A stretch of 32,000 bases of DNA from Burkholderiales bacterium (lineage in GTDB: Bacteria; Pseudomonadota; Gammaproteobacteria; Burkholderiales; Burkholderiaceae_A), in assembly GCA_965194335.1 (NCBI GenBank), contig OZ239141.1, positions 1,756,948 through 1,788,947 of the forward strand. Direction: 5' to 3'. The translations under genes and the position numbers were made by a program. Positions 1 to 9,992 of the stretch are shown piece after piece (within the stretch, counting starts at the first letter, position 1; every line of letters begins with the position of its first letter). The notes beneath the pieces are model-generated. The model worked only from the letters and a program-made list of their open reading frames with translations. It made no database searches and was not told where the DNA came from.

Positions 1-728
1 ACGGTTAGCCGCGAAAACCACAATGCACTCTGCTCGGATACACGTTTTGCAGCGCTCAAGGCCCGAAGCGAATCGACTCCGAGCGCCATTGCGGTTGTAC
101 ATAAGGCATGAATGATTCCATCATCCAACTCTGAAAGGCCCGCCTGCACAGGCATTCCATCATCGCGCAATCCCAACTCAAAGAGGCCAATTGCGTCTTC
201 GAGTGACCGATATGAAAAGCCCTCAAGATCAACCTGAAAAGTAATCCGATCGACCAGCTCTGCGGGAACCTGTTCGTCATCCGCGACCCGCTCATCCAGC
301 AATACGGTGCCAAAGTCTGCAGCGCTCTCTGTGGCAAACCCCTCTCGCTGAACACAGACCCGCCGCCGATCCATCACTGCTGCGATACGCGCCGCAAGAC
401 CACGCGAGAGACGCTCAGCCATCGGGACAATCAACAGGCCCCCATTCACTTCGGCGAGTAAGCCCCGATTAAAGATCGGCCGGCCCGCCTGCAGTGTGGC
501 CGATAAATCCAAGCCTCCGAAGAGACGATCATCCGCGATATTGAGGGGCAGCTTTCTTGAGAGAAACTCCGGTCCAAGACAGTGCTTTAAGAAGTCAAGA
601 TAACGATCCCGAACCGGGCCGGCACTGGCCGCAATCTTTATGCCACCGAAACGCGTTGGATTTCTTGCAAACAGTGCCGCCGCAAGTAACGCATCGTATA
701 GAGCGTCTTCAATTAGCTCTTGCTGCAT
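1..728 (-). CDS. bchD: magnesium chelatase subunit D (BchD/ChlD family), N-terminal part; continues off the left edge
   Basis: Absent from the ORF track because it has no stop codon in the window. My translation of the minus strand from ATG 728-726 gives MQQELIEDALYDALLAAALFARNPTRFGGIKIAASAGPVRDRYLDFL...LPLNIADDRLFGGLDLSATLQAGRPIFNRGLLAEVNGGLLIVPMAERL, the degenerate AAA+ module typical of BchD. The start overlaps the bchI stop (TGATG). Confidence 0.7.
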   Translation of the reverse strand, partial: MQQELIEDALYDALLAAALFARNPTRFGGIKIAASAGPVRDRYLDFLKHCLGPEFLSRKLPLNIADDRLFGGLDLSATLQAGRPIFNRGLLAEVNGGLLIVPMAERLSRGLAARIAAVMDRRRVCVQREGFATESAADFGTVLLDERVADDEQVPAELVDRITFQVDLEGFSYRSLEDAIGLFELGLRDDGMPVQAGLSELDDGIIHALCTTAMALGVDSLRALSAAKRVSEQSALWFSRLT

Positions 729-1756
729 CAGGCTGAAAATAATTCCGTTATCGCGCGTTCAACTCGCACACCCGATCCGGTGTCGTCCAAGGGGTTGCGT
801 CGCAGACGGTGCCGAAGGGCCATTGTTGCGACAGCCTTAAGATGCGTCGACATGACCTCCTTTGTGCCCTGAATCGCCGCATAGGCACGGGCCGCCCGCA
901 TGAGCGTGAGTTCGCCTCGAAGGCCATCTGTGCCTAACTTCATACAAAGCTCAGCCGCCCGCTCCAACACGGCATCAGGGACCGATGTAGATTCTAGGCG
1001 CTCACGTGCCGCTGCAATTTTTCGTCGAATTTTATTGTCTTCTTTTTTCCATTGCTCTATGAACGCTTGCGGATCCCGCTCAAACGCGTCACGACGCTTC
1101 ACAACTTCAATACGCGACCCAAGGTCTTGCGGAGTTTTCACGTCTACCGATAATCCGAATCGATCGAGCAGCTGCGGACGCAATTCGCCCTCCTCAGGAT
1201 TACCGCTTCCGACCAAAACAAACCGGGCAGGATGCTGAACGCTGAGGCCCTCTCGCTCAACGACATTTTCTCCGCTTGCAGCGACATCAATGAGCAAATC
1301 AACAATGTGATCCTCTAAGAGGTTAACCTCATCGATGTAGAGAAACCCACGATTGGCCCTCGCGAGCAGCCCCGGCTCAAACGCCTTAACACCCGCACTC
1401 AGAGCACGCTCAAGATCAAGGGCGCCGACCACACGATCCTCAGTTACACCCAGCGGTAGATCGATGACCGGCACAGGAATAAGATGCGTCTTGAGTCGCG
1501 CCTGTGACTTCTTTAACTGACTGCAAAACTCACACCGAGACCGGGTGTCGTCGGGCGCGCAGGCGTAGGGGCACCCCACGACTGCAGTCATTTTAGGGAG
1601 AATCGCTGCCAATGCCCGCACTGCAGTGGATTTTCCCGTGCCCCGATCACCGAATACCAGAACGCCGCCGACCCCAGGGTCTACGGTTGACACCAGCATG
1701 GCCAACTTCATTTCTTCTTGGCCAACGATTGCAGAAAATGGAAACGCAACTGCCAT
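728..1756 (-). CDS. bchI: magnesium chelatase ATPase subunit I
   Basis: 342-aa ORF. It has FPFSAIVGQEEMK, Walker A GDRGTGKST, Walker B LYIDEVNLL and RPQLLDRFG, a canonical BchI/ChlI AAA+ layout. It lies directly upstream of bchD and is translationally coupled to it. Confidence 0.9.
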   Translation of the reverse strand: MAVAFPFSAIVGQEEMKLAMLVSTVDPGVGGVLVFGDRGTGKSTAVRALAAILPKMTAVVGCPYACAPDDTRSRCEFCSQLKKSQARLKTHLIPVPVIDLPLGVTEDRVVGALDLERALSAGVKAFEPGLLARANRGFLYIDEVNLLEDHIVDLLIDVAASGENVVEREGLSVQHPARFVLVGSGNPEEGELRPQLLDRFGLSVDVKTPQDLGSRIEVVKRRDAFERDPQAFIEQWKKEDNKIRRKIAAARERLESTSVPDAVLERAAELCMKLGTDGLRGELTLMRAARAYAAIQGTKEVMSTHLKAVATMALRHRLRRNPLDDTGSGVRVERAITELFSA

Positions 1757-1800
1757 GGTTAGACTCCAGAAAATTCGATGAGGCGATTCATGCGGCTAGT

Positions 1801-2058
1801 TTAACGCCGCCAACGCCGGATAATGTCGAGGCCATGCAACAGCCCTGCCGTCGCCAGACAGGCCAACATCGCCCAGTGTTGCCCCTCCGTCAGGGCGATT
1901 CGGAGCGCAATCATCAAGGCAAGTCCTGATGCGATATTCAGGCCAATCTCATTTGGCGAAATGCCGCTTTGACGTCGTCGGTAGAGCCAGACTAAGACTG
2001 CAAACTCCACGAGTGTAAGCGCGATAATGCCATCGACCAGCAAAACTATTCCACCCAT
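1801..2058 (-). CDS. small hydrophobic membrane protein, function unknown
   Basis: 85-aa ORF with three hydrophobic stretches. It fills the gap between neighbouring genes. No family recognised. Confidence 0.45.
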   Translation of the reverse strand: MGGIVLLVDGIIALTLVEFAVLVWLYRRRQSGISPNEIGLNIASGLALMIALRIALTEGQHWAMLACLATAGLLHGLDIIRRWRR

Positions 2059-2122
2059 TAGCGGATGCCGTCCTCAGCGAGACTCACAACCAAAGAATAT
2101 CGGATAGAGGAACAACGACTCA

Positions 2123-3247
2123 TCACAGGAGTGCACCCCGTGCCGATATAGGCCAAAGCGCCTCGACACGTTCACCACGGAGCACAATCAATTCATCATA
2201 AAGATTGACTGTGGGATCACAGTGGCCCGGAATCAATTTAAGTTTCTGGCCCAGTCGTAGAGGCTCTGCAATTGTCGAATCAATTCTGAGCACGCCATGC
2301 TCATCAGAGGCCCTCGCGTAGTGCACCCCGGGCTGCTGCGCAATGACAGGCAACCCAGAGTCGACACTCGACGCCTTTAGCCCTGCATCGACGACAGCAT
2401 GCGCTTTGCCTGAAAGACTCATCACCGTTGTCAGAACAAAAAGACTGTGCTCGAACTGCGGCATGTCGCTTCCAGTCTGATCATTACGCGCATAATCAAC
2501 GTCCATGAACACATAGGATCCGACCTGCAGTTCAGAGTAGAGGTTACTGGCTGCCTCGAGAAGAAAAGACCCTGTTCCAGCGCCCGCAATTTTCTCGCAG
2601 ACGATCCCGTATTTCAGTAACAGGTCTCGTGTTTCACGGATCAACCCAACCGCCGCTGTGATCGCAAGCTGCCGCTCGTCATGTGTTCGCATGTGCTGAG
2701 CAGCCCCGTGATAAGCCTGGAGGCCCTCAAACCGCAAGCCGGCCATACCCGTGATGGCCTGTGCCAGGGCAAGTGCCGGTGCACCCGGTGCGACACCGCA
2801 ACGGTGTGCGCCAACATCAATCTCCATGAGTACCGATAGCCGGATACCTGCAGCGACTGCAGCCTCATGAAGCGCCAAGGCATTATCCTGATGATCAACA
2901 CAGACCGATACGCGCGCCCGCTTTGCTAGGGCACAGAGCCGTTCAATCTTTTTGGCGCCCACCACCTGATTGGAGACCAAGACATCTTGAATACCTGCCT
3001 CAATAAACGCCTGCGCCTCAGAGACCTTCTGGCAGCAGATTCCAACCGCACCCATCGCAATCTGGCGGCGTGCAATCTCGGGGCATTTATGACTCTTGGC
3101 GTGCGGTCTAATGTTGACCGGGAAGCCTGCAAGCGCTTGACGAAGCCGTTCGCAATTTCTCTCAAATGCATCAAGATCCAGAATTAATGCGGGGGTATCG
3201 ATATCGTGGAGAGATTCTCCAATTGAGGCTGCTGAAATCTCCATCAT
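2123..3247 (-). CDS. DSD1-family PLP enzyme (alanine-racemase-fold; D-serine dehydratase / D-threonine aldolase-like)
   Basis: 374 aa. Has DTPALILDLDAFERN at the N-terminus, RPHAKSHKCPEI (PLP lysine context) and a C-terminal PGHCDPTVNLYD motif typical of this family. Confidence 0.75.
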   Translation of the reverse strand: MMEISAASIGESLHDIDTPALILDLDAFERNCERLRQALAGFPVNIRPHAKSHKCPEIARRQIAMGAVGICCQKVSEAQAFIEAGIQDVLVSNQVVGAKKIERLCALAKRARVSVCVDHQDNALALHEAAVAAGIRLSVLMEIDVGAHRCGVAPGAPALALAQAITGMAGLRFEGLQAYHGAAQHMRTHDERQLAITAAVGLIRETRDLLLKYGIVCEKIAGAGTGSFLLEAASNLYSELQVGSYVFMDVDYARNDQTGSDMPQFEHSLFVLTTVMSLSGKAHAVVDAGLKASSVDSGLPVIAQQPGVHYARASDEHGVLRIDSTIAEPLRLGQKLKLIPGHCDPTVNLYDELIVLRGERVEALWPISARGALL

Positions 3248-3250
3248 AGG

Positions 3251-3757
3251 CTAACGAAGTTCTCGAGTCGCTTCGTATACTGCAGCAGCATGACCGGCGC
3301 TTTTCACACCACGCCATTGCCTGAGCAGTAGTCCATTCGCATCAAATAGAAAAGTGGACCGTTCAACTCCACGAACCGTTTTCCCATACATATTTTTGGT
3401 TTTTAGAACATCAAAGGCTTGACAGAGGGTCTCATGGGTATCGGCGATCAGGGTTAGGCTGAGCCCATATTTTTGTATAAATCTCTCGTGTGCACGCAGA
3501 CTATCTCGTGACACCCCCACGACCTGGGTGTCTGATTTTAAAAAATTTGCATGTAACTCTGAAAAGTCCTTCGCCTCAACGGTGCACCCCGGGGTGTCAT
3601 CCTTCGGATAGAAATAAAGCACGAGCCGATGCCCGAGAAAATCCGAGAGGCTGGCCTGGCCTCGCGTTGTCTCAAACGGAAGTGTAAGCAGGGCTTGGGG
3701 GCAGGGGGTGCCGTCACGCAAAAGGGCAGGAGGCGTTAAGTCTGGCATATGGGTCAA
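3251..3757 (-). CDS. bcp: thioredoxin-dependent peroxiredoxin Bcp
   Basis: 168 aa. Has YFYPKDDTPGCTVEAKDF (peroxidatic Cys context) and GVSRDS, a Bcp/PrxQ signature. Confidence 0.85.
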   Translation of the reverse strand: MTHMPDLTPPALLRDGTPCPQALLTLPFETTRGQASLSDFLGHRLVLYFYPKDDTPGCTVEAKDFSELHANFLKSDTQVVGVSRDSLRAHERFIQKYGLSLTLIADTHETLCQAFDVLKTKNMYGKTVRGVERSTFLFDANGLLLRQWRGVKSAGHAAAVYEATRELR

Positions 3758-3869
3758 TTCCTATTCGTGCAGGATATTTTAGATTCTGAGGCTTCAAGGG
3801 AATCATAAGGGCTGGAGATTCAGAATTCGTAGGCCAATAACATGAAATAATCCGAATTTCGGCGCCCCC

Positions 3870-5054
3870 ATGAAACGCAACCTTGTCCTTCTCGCCCTCT
3901 GTCAGGGCCTCTTTCTCACCAATAACATTACCTTTATCGCGATCAATGGCCTGGTGGGTTTCTCTATGGCTCCGCTCAGCTGGCTCGCAACCCTTCCCGT
4001 GATGGGCTATGTGGTCGGCAGCGCCCTAGCAACCGCGCCAGTTGCCCGAGTTCAGAAATGGCTCGGTCGTAAGCCTTCTTTTTTAATTGGCATTGTGGTT
4101 GCCATTTTGTCATCGCTGCTTTGTCTCTACGCAGCGATCACTAAGAATTTCTACCTTTTAATTACCGCAACCTTTGTCGCCGGGTTCTACCAAGCAAACG
4201 CTCAACTCTATCGCTTTGCGGCCGCTGAGCTCGCACCGCCGGACTATAAAGAAAAGGCGGTGTCTTGGGTTCTCGCGGGTGGCCTAATTGGAGCGATTCT
4301 TGGGCCCAATATCGCTGCAGTCACAAAAGACTGGTTTGAGACTCCGTTTGCAGGCTCGTATCTCGCCTTAACGGTTGTCGGCGGGCTCGCTGCCCTCTTG
4401 ATGTCTGTCATTCGCTTCCCAGACCAATCAACGACAACGGAGAGCCGGAAGCAGACCTCCCGACCACTGCTCGAGATCATTAAGCAGCCCGTATTCATTG
4501 TGTCGGCGATGGGAGCTGGGCTCGGCTACGGCGTGATGAACCTGCTCATGGCGTCGACCCCTTTAGCGATGCAGGCCTGTGGATACCCCTTCCAAGACGC
4601 TGCTCTGGTACTGCAATGGCATGTCATCGGAATGTTTGCGCCCGGGTTTTTCACAGGCCACCTCATCAAGAAATTTGGGGCACCCCGGGTTATGACCGCC
4701 GGTATTGTGCTGAATCTTCTCTGTATCGGCGTAGCGCTATCCGGATCGGATTTACACCAGTTTCTCATCGCACTTTTTGTGCTCGGCCTTGGATGGAATT
4801 TTCTGTTTACGGCAAGCACAACCCTGTCGATGTCTGCCTTTCGTCCCGAGGAAAAAGATAAGGCCCAGGGTGCCATTAACTTCTGCGTTTTCTTTGTGAT
4901 GGCAATGACCTCGTTCGGATCTGGCGCCTTGGTCACCACCCAAGGCTGGACCTGGCTCAATCTCGGCTCCCTGGTTCCGATGATCATCATGGCAATTGGC
5001 CTCTTGTGGTATTCACACCAAGTAAAATTGAGCCGCACACAACACCCCTCATAA
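3870..5054 (+). CDS. MFS transporter
   Basis: 394 aa with about 12 hydrophobic segments split by a central hydrophilic loop (DQSTTTESRKQTSR). Confidence 0.8.
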   Translation: MKRNLVLLALCQGLFLTNNITFIAINGLVGFSMAPLSWLATLPVMGYVVGSALATAPVARVQKWLGRKPSFLIGIVVAILSSLLCLYAAITKNFYLLITATFVAGFYQANAQLYRFAAAELAPPDYKEKAVSWVLAGGLIGAILGPNIAAVTKDWFETPFAGSYLALTVVGGLAALLMSVIRFPDQSTTTESRKQTSRPLLEIIKQPVFIVSAMGAGLGYGVMNLLMASTPLAMQACGYPFQDAALVLQWHVIGMFAPGFFTGHLIKKFGAPRVMTAGIVLNLLCIGVALSGSDLHQFLIALFVLGLGWNFLFTASTTLSMSAFRPEEKDKAQGAINFCVFFVMAMTSFGSGALVTTQGWTWLNLGSLVPMIIMAIGLLWYSHQVKLSRTQHPS

Positions 5055-5066
5055 CCAGGAGACACC

Positions 5067-5381
5067 ATGATTCACGAGTTACGTATTTACCACTGCTGCC
5101 CAGGAAAACTGCCCGATCTTATTGCACGATTTCAAAATCATACCCTTGGTTTTTTCCAGCACTACGGCATTAAGCACGTCAACTTCTGGACCACACTGAT
5201 TGGGCCATCGAATGCGGCGCTCTACTACACCCTTGAGTGGGAATCACTGGCTGATCGTGAGACAAAGTGGAATGCATTTCAGGCAGACCCCAAATGGATC
5301 GCGACCCGCAAAGCGAGCGAAGCAAATGGGCAGATCGTCGAACGTATTGAAAATCTAGTTCTCAGTCCTGTTGCGCTCTAG
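5067..5381 (+). CDS. NIPSNAP family protein
   Basis: 104 aa. MIHELRIY...G...ALYYTLEWESLADRE..W..F..DP.W is the typical NIPSNAP pattern. Confidence 0.7.
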   Translation: MIHELRIYHCCPGKLPDLIARFQNHTLGFFQHYGIKHVNFWTTLIGPSNAALYYTLEWESLADRETKWNAFQADPKWIATRKASEANGQIVERIENLVLSPVAL

Positions 5382-5384
5382 CCC

Positions 5385-5987
5385 ATGACCACCGAGGACG
5401 TTCCGCTTTTTCCTCTCTCACAAGGTCTGTTTCCCGAGGGCTTTCTCTCCCTGATGGTTTTTGAGGTGCGCTATCTCCATCTTATGAAACGCTGCCAACA
5501 CGAGGGCCTTGAGTTCGGAGTGGTCCCCCTGGCGGCGGGCAGTGAGGTACAGAAAGCAGGTGAAATTGAGCAGCTCCACGGGTGGGGTTGTATGGCCCGT
5601 ATCGTGCAGGTAGAGTCATTACAGCCTGCCGTACTTGCGGTGAAATGCATAGGGACACAACGATTTCGGCTTGATGAACACGCGCGTGGCGCTTTCGGTC
5701 TTTGGCACGGCCAGATCACCGTGCAGGCCCACGACGTCGACTGTCCAATTAAGGAAGATCTCCAGCCGCTCGCCAATCGGTTGGGCGAATTGATTGCGAC
5801 TGCCCAACAACAAGGCATTGAAGATCGATTGCCGATGGCACCGCCCTACCGACTCGATGATTGCGGATGGGTTGCTAACCGCTGGGGCGATATACTTCCG
5901 ATTCCTTCTGATGAGAAAGCAACGCTACTATCTGAATCGGATTGCGAAGCACGCTTAAGACGGATACAGAAATGGTTTGAAGAGTGA
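5385..5987 (+). CDS. LON peptidase N-terminal (substrate-binding) domain protein
   Basis: 200 aa. PLFPLSQGLFPEGFLSLMVFEVRYLHLMKRC matches the start of stand-alone Lon-N domain proteins. Confidence 0.7.
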   Translation: MTTEDVPLFPLSQGLFPEGFLSLMVFEVRYLHLMKRCQHEGLEFGVVPLAAGSEVQKAGEIEQLHGWGCMARIVQVESLQPAVLAVKCIGTQRFRLDEHARGAFGLWHGQITVQAHDVDCPIKEDLQPLANRLGELIATAQQQGIEDRLPMAPPYRLDDCGWVANRWGDILPIPSDEKATLLSESDCEARLRRIQKWFEE

Positions 5988-6062
5988 CCCTAAAAGCGTT
6001 TGCGGTTAAGCCCACCGGGCCGGATCATTACCTTACTTCACTATCACCCGAGGCATGTCATC

Positions 6063-7088
6063 ATGGATCTTAGTCAATTCCCACGCCGCCGCTACACTGA
6101 ATTCGCAACACCAATTGAATTCCTTGCGAACTTTACAAAGGCTTTAGGCGGGCCAAAAATATGGATTAAACGTGACGATATGCTGGGCCTTACACCTGGC
6201 GGAAACAAGACAAGAAAACTGGAGTTTCTGGTTGGAGACGCCCTAGCAAAAGGGGCGGATACCCTCATTACCTGTGGCGCACCACAGTCAAATCACTGCC
6301 GAATTACGCTCTCGGCTGCTCTCAAAGAGGGTCTGCAATGCCATTTTGTTATTGAAGAACGAATCCCGAATAGCTACTCTGAAACTGCAAGTGGCAATCA
6401 TTTTTTATTTCGTTTGATGGGCGTCAATTCCATTACCGTTGTTCCGGCAGGCACCAATATGAATGACGCGATGCAGGCTGTTGCCGACCAACTCAAGGCA
6501 CAAGGAAGAGCTCCCTATCTCATCCCTGGCGGTGGTTCCAACGCAATCGGTGGTCTCGGTTATGTCGCCTGCGCACAGGAGCTGCAACAGCAACTCTTCG
6601 AACAGGCTATTCGGATTGATCATTTAATTGTTGGTTCAGGCAGTTCAGGGACCCACGGTGGCATTGTTGCCGGCTTTGTTGGCAACAATATTCAGATCCC
6701 GATCACAGGCATTGGTGTCAGCAGAGATCCGCAGGACCAGGAACCTCTCGTTTACAAAGAGGCGTGTGCAATCGCAGAGCTCCTCGGAGGCCACTTTACA
6801 ATTCCTAGAGATAAGATTGTCTCTATTGGTGGTTACTGGCAGCCAAAATACTCGGTACCCAATGAAAAGATGGTCGAAGCTGTTCAGCTACTCGCCCGTA
6901 CCGAGGGAATCTTGTTAGATCCGGTCTACACCGGAAAGATAATGGCAGGGCTGATTGACCTATCACGCAAGGGACACTTTAAGGCAGGAGAACATCTATT
7001 ATTTCTGCATACCGGAGGGGCGCCATCTCTTAATGCGTATGAGTCTGTCTTGCTAAGCGAAGCCTCTAATGAGCCCACAAGTACCTAA
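6063..7088 (+). CDS. dcyD: D-cysteine desulfhydrase / ACC-deaminase family PLP enzyme
   Basis: The translation aligns along its length with my memory of E. coli DcyD (KRDD...GGNKTRKLEFL..DAL..GADTLITCGAPQSNH...GGSNAIGGLGY...LLDPVYTGK...HTGGAP). I moved the start from the track's TTG at 6000 to ATG 6063, which has GAGG 9 nt upstream. Confidence 0.8.
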   Translation: MDLSQFPRRRYTEFATPIEFLANFTKALGGPKIWIKRDDMLGLTPGGNKTRKLEFLVGDALAKGADTLITCGAPQSNHCRITLSAALKEGLQCHFVIEERIPNSYSETASGNHFLFRLMGVNSITVVPAGTNMNDAMQAVADQLKAQGRAPYLIPGGGSNAIGGLGYVACAQELQQQLFEQAIRIDHLIVGSGSSGTHGGIVAGFVGNNIQIPITGIGVSRDPQDQEPLVYKEACAIAELLGGHFTIPRDKIVSIGGYWQPKYSVPNEKMVEAVQLLARTEGILLDPVYTGKIMAGLIDLSRKGHFKAGEHLLFLHTGGAPSLNAYESVLLSEASNEPTST

Positions 7089-7992
7089 GGAATTTCTGCG
7101 TGGGTTAGGCCCCCGATGGCATCTCGATGTCCAAGGTCATCGCGACGAGGTCTTCGCCTTTTATCAGCCATTTCACCAGGCACAACTCGCGCGTCTCGGG
7201 CCTGGCGCAGAGATTATTGAAACAAGTCGATACGGATCGCATGCCAAGAACGAGTTTGAGTTCTACTGGCCAGAGAGTCGGGATGATCAATCTCTGGCCC
7301 ACGAAGACAACCCGAAATCGGTTCTTTTCTTTGTGCATGGCGGCGCATTCGTTCGAGGAGACCGCAATACCACCCCAGAGGTCTACAGCAATGTCCTACG
7401 TGAGTTCTGCCGCTCAGGGTTTATCGGGGTCAATATTGGCTACCGTCTCGCACCGGATGCACGCTATCCCGATGCGGCAGTCGATATCGTGCAAGCCATC
7501 TCTAAGGCGAAGGAAGTGTTATCTGATCGTCGAATACGGCTTGGCCAACAATTCCTGATGGGCCATTCTGCTGGAGGCACCCATTGCGCGACAGCACTTT
7601 TTGACCCCTGCATGGCCGAAAAGGCGGCCTCGCTTCGGGAGGAGCTAGACGGCCTGATATTGATGAGCCCCCGATTAAAAGCCGATCGCGATCCAAGAAA
7701 TGTCAATGCTGCGGGTGTCATCGCCTACTTTGGTGAGGATGACACAGAGTTTGAACTACGCTCCCCCCTCACCCACATGAAAAACTCCGACATCCCGCTT
7801 TTTATCGGAATGGCGGAGTTTGAAAACCCCTTGCTCCATGACTATGTTGAACCCTGCCGTCGCTTTGCCACCTATCAGCAATACAACGATCATAATCATA
7901 TGAGTATCATCACCCAGTTTGATTCCGGCCACAATGAGTGCTGGAAAGATCTCCAAGAGTTTTGCAAAAGTACCCCGACTAATCGAGTTTAA
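7069..7992 (+). CDS. alpha/beta hydrolase (esterase/lipase-like)
   Basis: 307 aa. Has an oxyanion-hole-type HGGAF and the nucleophile elbow GHSAGG. It overlaps dcyD by 20 nt and the convergent tctC end by 14 nt. Confidence 0.7.
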   Translation: MSPQVPKEFLRGLGPRWHLDVQGHRDEVFAFYQPFHQAQLARLGPGAEIIETSRYGSHAKNEFEFYWPESRDDQSLAHEDNPKSVLFFVHGGAFVRGDRNTTPEVYSNVLREFCRSGFIGVNIGYRLAPDARYPDAAVDIVQAISKAKEVLSDRRIRLGQQFLMGHSAGGTHCATALFDPCMAEKAASLREELDGLILMSPRLKADRDPRNVNAAGVIAYFGEDDTEFELRSPLTHMKNSDIPLFIGMAEFENPLLHDYVEPCRRFATYQQYNDHNHMSIITQFDSGHNECWKDLQEFCKSTPTNRV

Positions 7993-8980
7993 TATTTGCG
8001 AATGAGGCAACCTGCTGCCAACGCTCTGCATCAGTTTTCATAAAGCTATCCATCTGAGCAGCATTCATAAATTCAATACTAACGCCGCGAGCGGTAATTG
8101 CGGTGGCAACATCCTTCTGAGCGATTACTTTTCTAAGAGCATCCTGAAGCTTTCCAGTAATCTCTGCTGACGTTCCGCGCACCACTGCCAACCCAAACCA
8201 GGCCGAGACCTCAAATTTCGGATAACCAAGTTCTTGCATGGTTGGGACATTTGGAAGCGCTGGATTCCGCTTTGAGGTCGTCACGGCCAACGCCTTAAGC
8301 TTTCCCGATTGGATGTGCGGCAATGCAGGCGGCAGGTTATCAAACATGAGATCAATCTCTTTGGACATCAAAGCAACATTCGCCACTGCGGTGCCCCGGT
8401 AAGGGATATGCACAATATGCACTCCGGCTTGACTCTTTAAGAGTTCAGCACTCAGGTGTAGAGAGGTCCCATTACCGTTTGATGCGTAGTTCAGAATATT
8501 GGGCTTTGCCTTCGCACGCGCCACAAGATCCGCGACCGAATTAATCCCGGACTCTGGGTGCACCATCAGCACATTGGGCAACTGCCCAAACATTGCAACA
8601 GGCTGAATGTCAGCCGGCTTGTAGGGCAGCGCCTTGTAGATCGCCGGACTAATTGTTAGAGGAGGAGACGCCATGAGCAGGGTGTACCCATCGGCAGGAG
8701 CCTTCGTGACTTCTGCAGCACCGATGCCCCCACCAACACCGGGCTTATTTTCAATCACAACCGGCTGACCAAGCTCTTTGGAGAGACTCGGAGTGATCAG
8801 ACGCGCCATTGAGTCGATCAAGCCACCCGGGGGGAACGGCACCACCAAGCGAATCGGCTTTGAGGGATAGGGCTGCGCCATGAGCGGGGAATGACCCAGT
8901 CCTAAGGCTGCAGATAGCAGCACTGTTGAGAGCGCAAAAATTCGGCGGTGCATGAGAGTCTCCTTTTTGTTATGAGTCAT
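7979..8980 (-). CDS. Bug-family (TctC-like) tripartite tricarboxylate transporter substrate-binding protein
   Basis: 333 aa. Has a signal peptide, then YPSKPIRLVVPFPPGG...GQPVVIENKPGVGG...Y..NGNGT..H, the hallmark Bug/TctC pattern. Confidence 0.85.
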   Translation of the reverse strand: MTHNKKETLMHRRIFALSTVLLSAALGLGHSPLMAQPYPSKPIRLVVPFPPGGLIDSMARLITPSLSKELGQPVVIENKPGVGGGIGAAEVTKAPADGYTLLMASPPLTISPAIYKALPYKPADIQPVAMFGQLPNVLMVHPESGINSVADLVARAKAKPNILNYASNGNGTSLHLSAELLKSQAGVHIVHIPYRGTAVANVALMSKEIDLMFDNLPPALPHIQSGKLKALAVTTSKRNPALPNVPTMQELGYPKFEVSAWFGLAVVRGTSAEITGKLQDALRKVIAQKDVATAITARGVSIEFMNAAQMDSFMKTDAERWQQVASFANIKLD

Positions 8981-9059
8981 GACAATACTAAAAAATCTAC
9001 AGGCGTACCTGCTGCAGTGCGTTTAAGCGGAAGACCCTAATTGGCTGGGGCTAATTGAA

Positions 9060-9989
9060 ATGCGTAAGATAAGGCGTATGACATCAACCACTCACCCACC
9101 GACCGCTGTCGGGATTATTGGACTGGGCGCAATGGGGCTCGGAATGGCGCAGTCACTGCGCAGAGCCGGGCTTGAGCCCTCTGTCTTCGATATCCGAGCA
9201 GATATTACAGCACGCTTTGCAGAGCAAGGTGGAACTGCCTGTTCAAGCATTAAAGAGCTTGGATCGCGCTGCAATATTGTCATTTCGGTGGTGGTCAATG
9301 CAGAGCAGACTGAATCCGTGCTTTGGGGTCCTGAGGGCTGCGTTGCCGCGATGCGCCCAGGCGGCGTTTTCGTGATGTGCTCAACCGTTGACCCCAATTG
9401 GTCTATTCGCACCGAGAAACTGCTTTCCAAAAAGGGGATTCTTTACCTTGACGCGCCAATTTCTGGCGGAGCCGCGCGCGCTGCAAATGGTGAAATCACG
9501 ATGATGACCTCTGGCCATCCGGATGCGTATGCACTTGCCCAGCCCTGTCTGGATGCGATGGCCGCAAAGGTTTATCAGTTAGATAACCAAGCCGGTGCGG
9601 GAAGCAGAGTCAAAATCATCAACCAGCTTCTCGCAGGTGTCCATATTGCTGCAGCTGCAGAGGCGATGGCCCTCGGGATACGCGAGGGCATTGACCCAGA
9701 TGCGCTCTATGAGGTCATCACCAATAGCGCCGGTAACAGCTGGATGTTTCAGAATCGAATGGCTCATGTCCTCGCGGCCGACTATACGCCGCACTCTGCT
9801 GTCGATATTTTTGTGAAAGATTTGGGCCTTGTCCTTGATCTTGCTCGAGCCAGTAAATTTCCATTGCCGCTTAGTTCAACAGCCCACCAGATGTTTATGC
9901 AGGCCTCAACAGCAGGATTTGCAAAAGAAGATGACAGTGCAGTAATCAAGATTTTCCCCGGAATCGAATTGCCACAAAAGAAGACTTGA
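9060..9989 (+). CDS. ltnD: HIBADH-family NAD(P) dehydrogenase, L-threonate dehydrogenase-like by context
   Basis: Has a Rossmann GIIGLGAMGLGMA motif and a 6-phosphogluconate-DH-like C-terminal half. It is the first gene of an operon containing a DUF1537 kinase and a class II aldolase. An alternative start at ATG 9078 is possible. Confidence 0.65.
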   Translation: MRKIRRMTSTTHPPTAVGIIGLGAMGLGMAQSLRRAGLEPSVFDIRADITARFAEQGGTACSSIKELGSRCNIVISVVVNAEQTESVLWGPEGCVAAMRPGGVFVMCSTVDPNWSIRTEKLLSKKGILYLDAPISGGAARAANGEITMMTSGHPDAYALAQPCLDAMAAKVYQLDNQAGAGSRVKIINQLLAGVHIAAAAEAMALGIREGIDPDALYEVITNSAGNSWMFQNRMAHVLAADYTPHSAVDIFVKDLGLVLDLARASKFPLPLSSTAHQMFMQASTAGFAKEDDSAVIKIFPGIELPQKKT

Positions 9990-9992
9990 GCA

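Noticed and set aside
56-1238. Track ORFs 56-355 (minus strand), 640-840 (plus strand) and 900-1238 (plus strand).
   Set aside because: They are out of frame or antisense to bchD and bchI, whose translations show clear family motifs.
4526-5068. The 180-aa minus-strand ORF, and other internal ORFs opposite the MFS transporter.
   Set aside because: They are antisense to a well-formed 12-TM transporter ORF and have no motifs.
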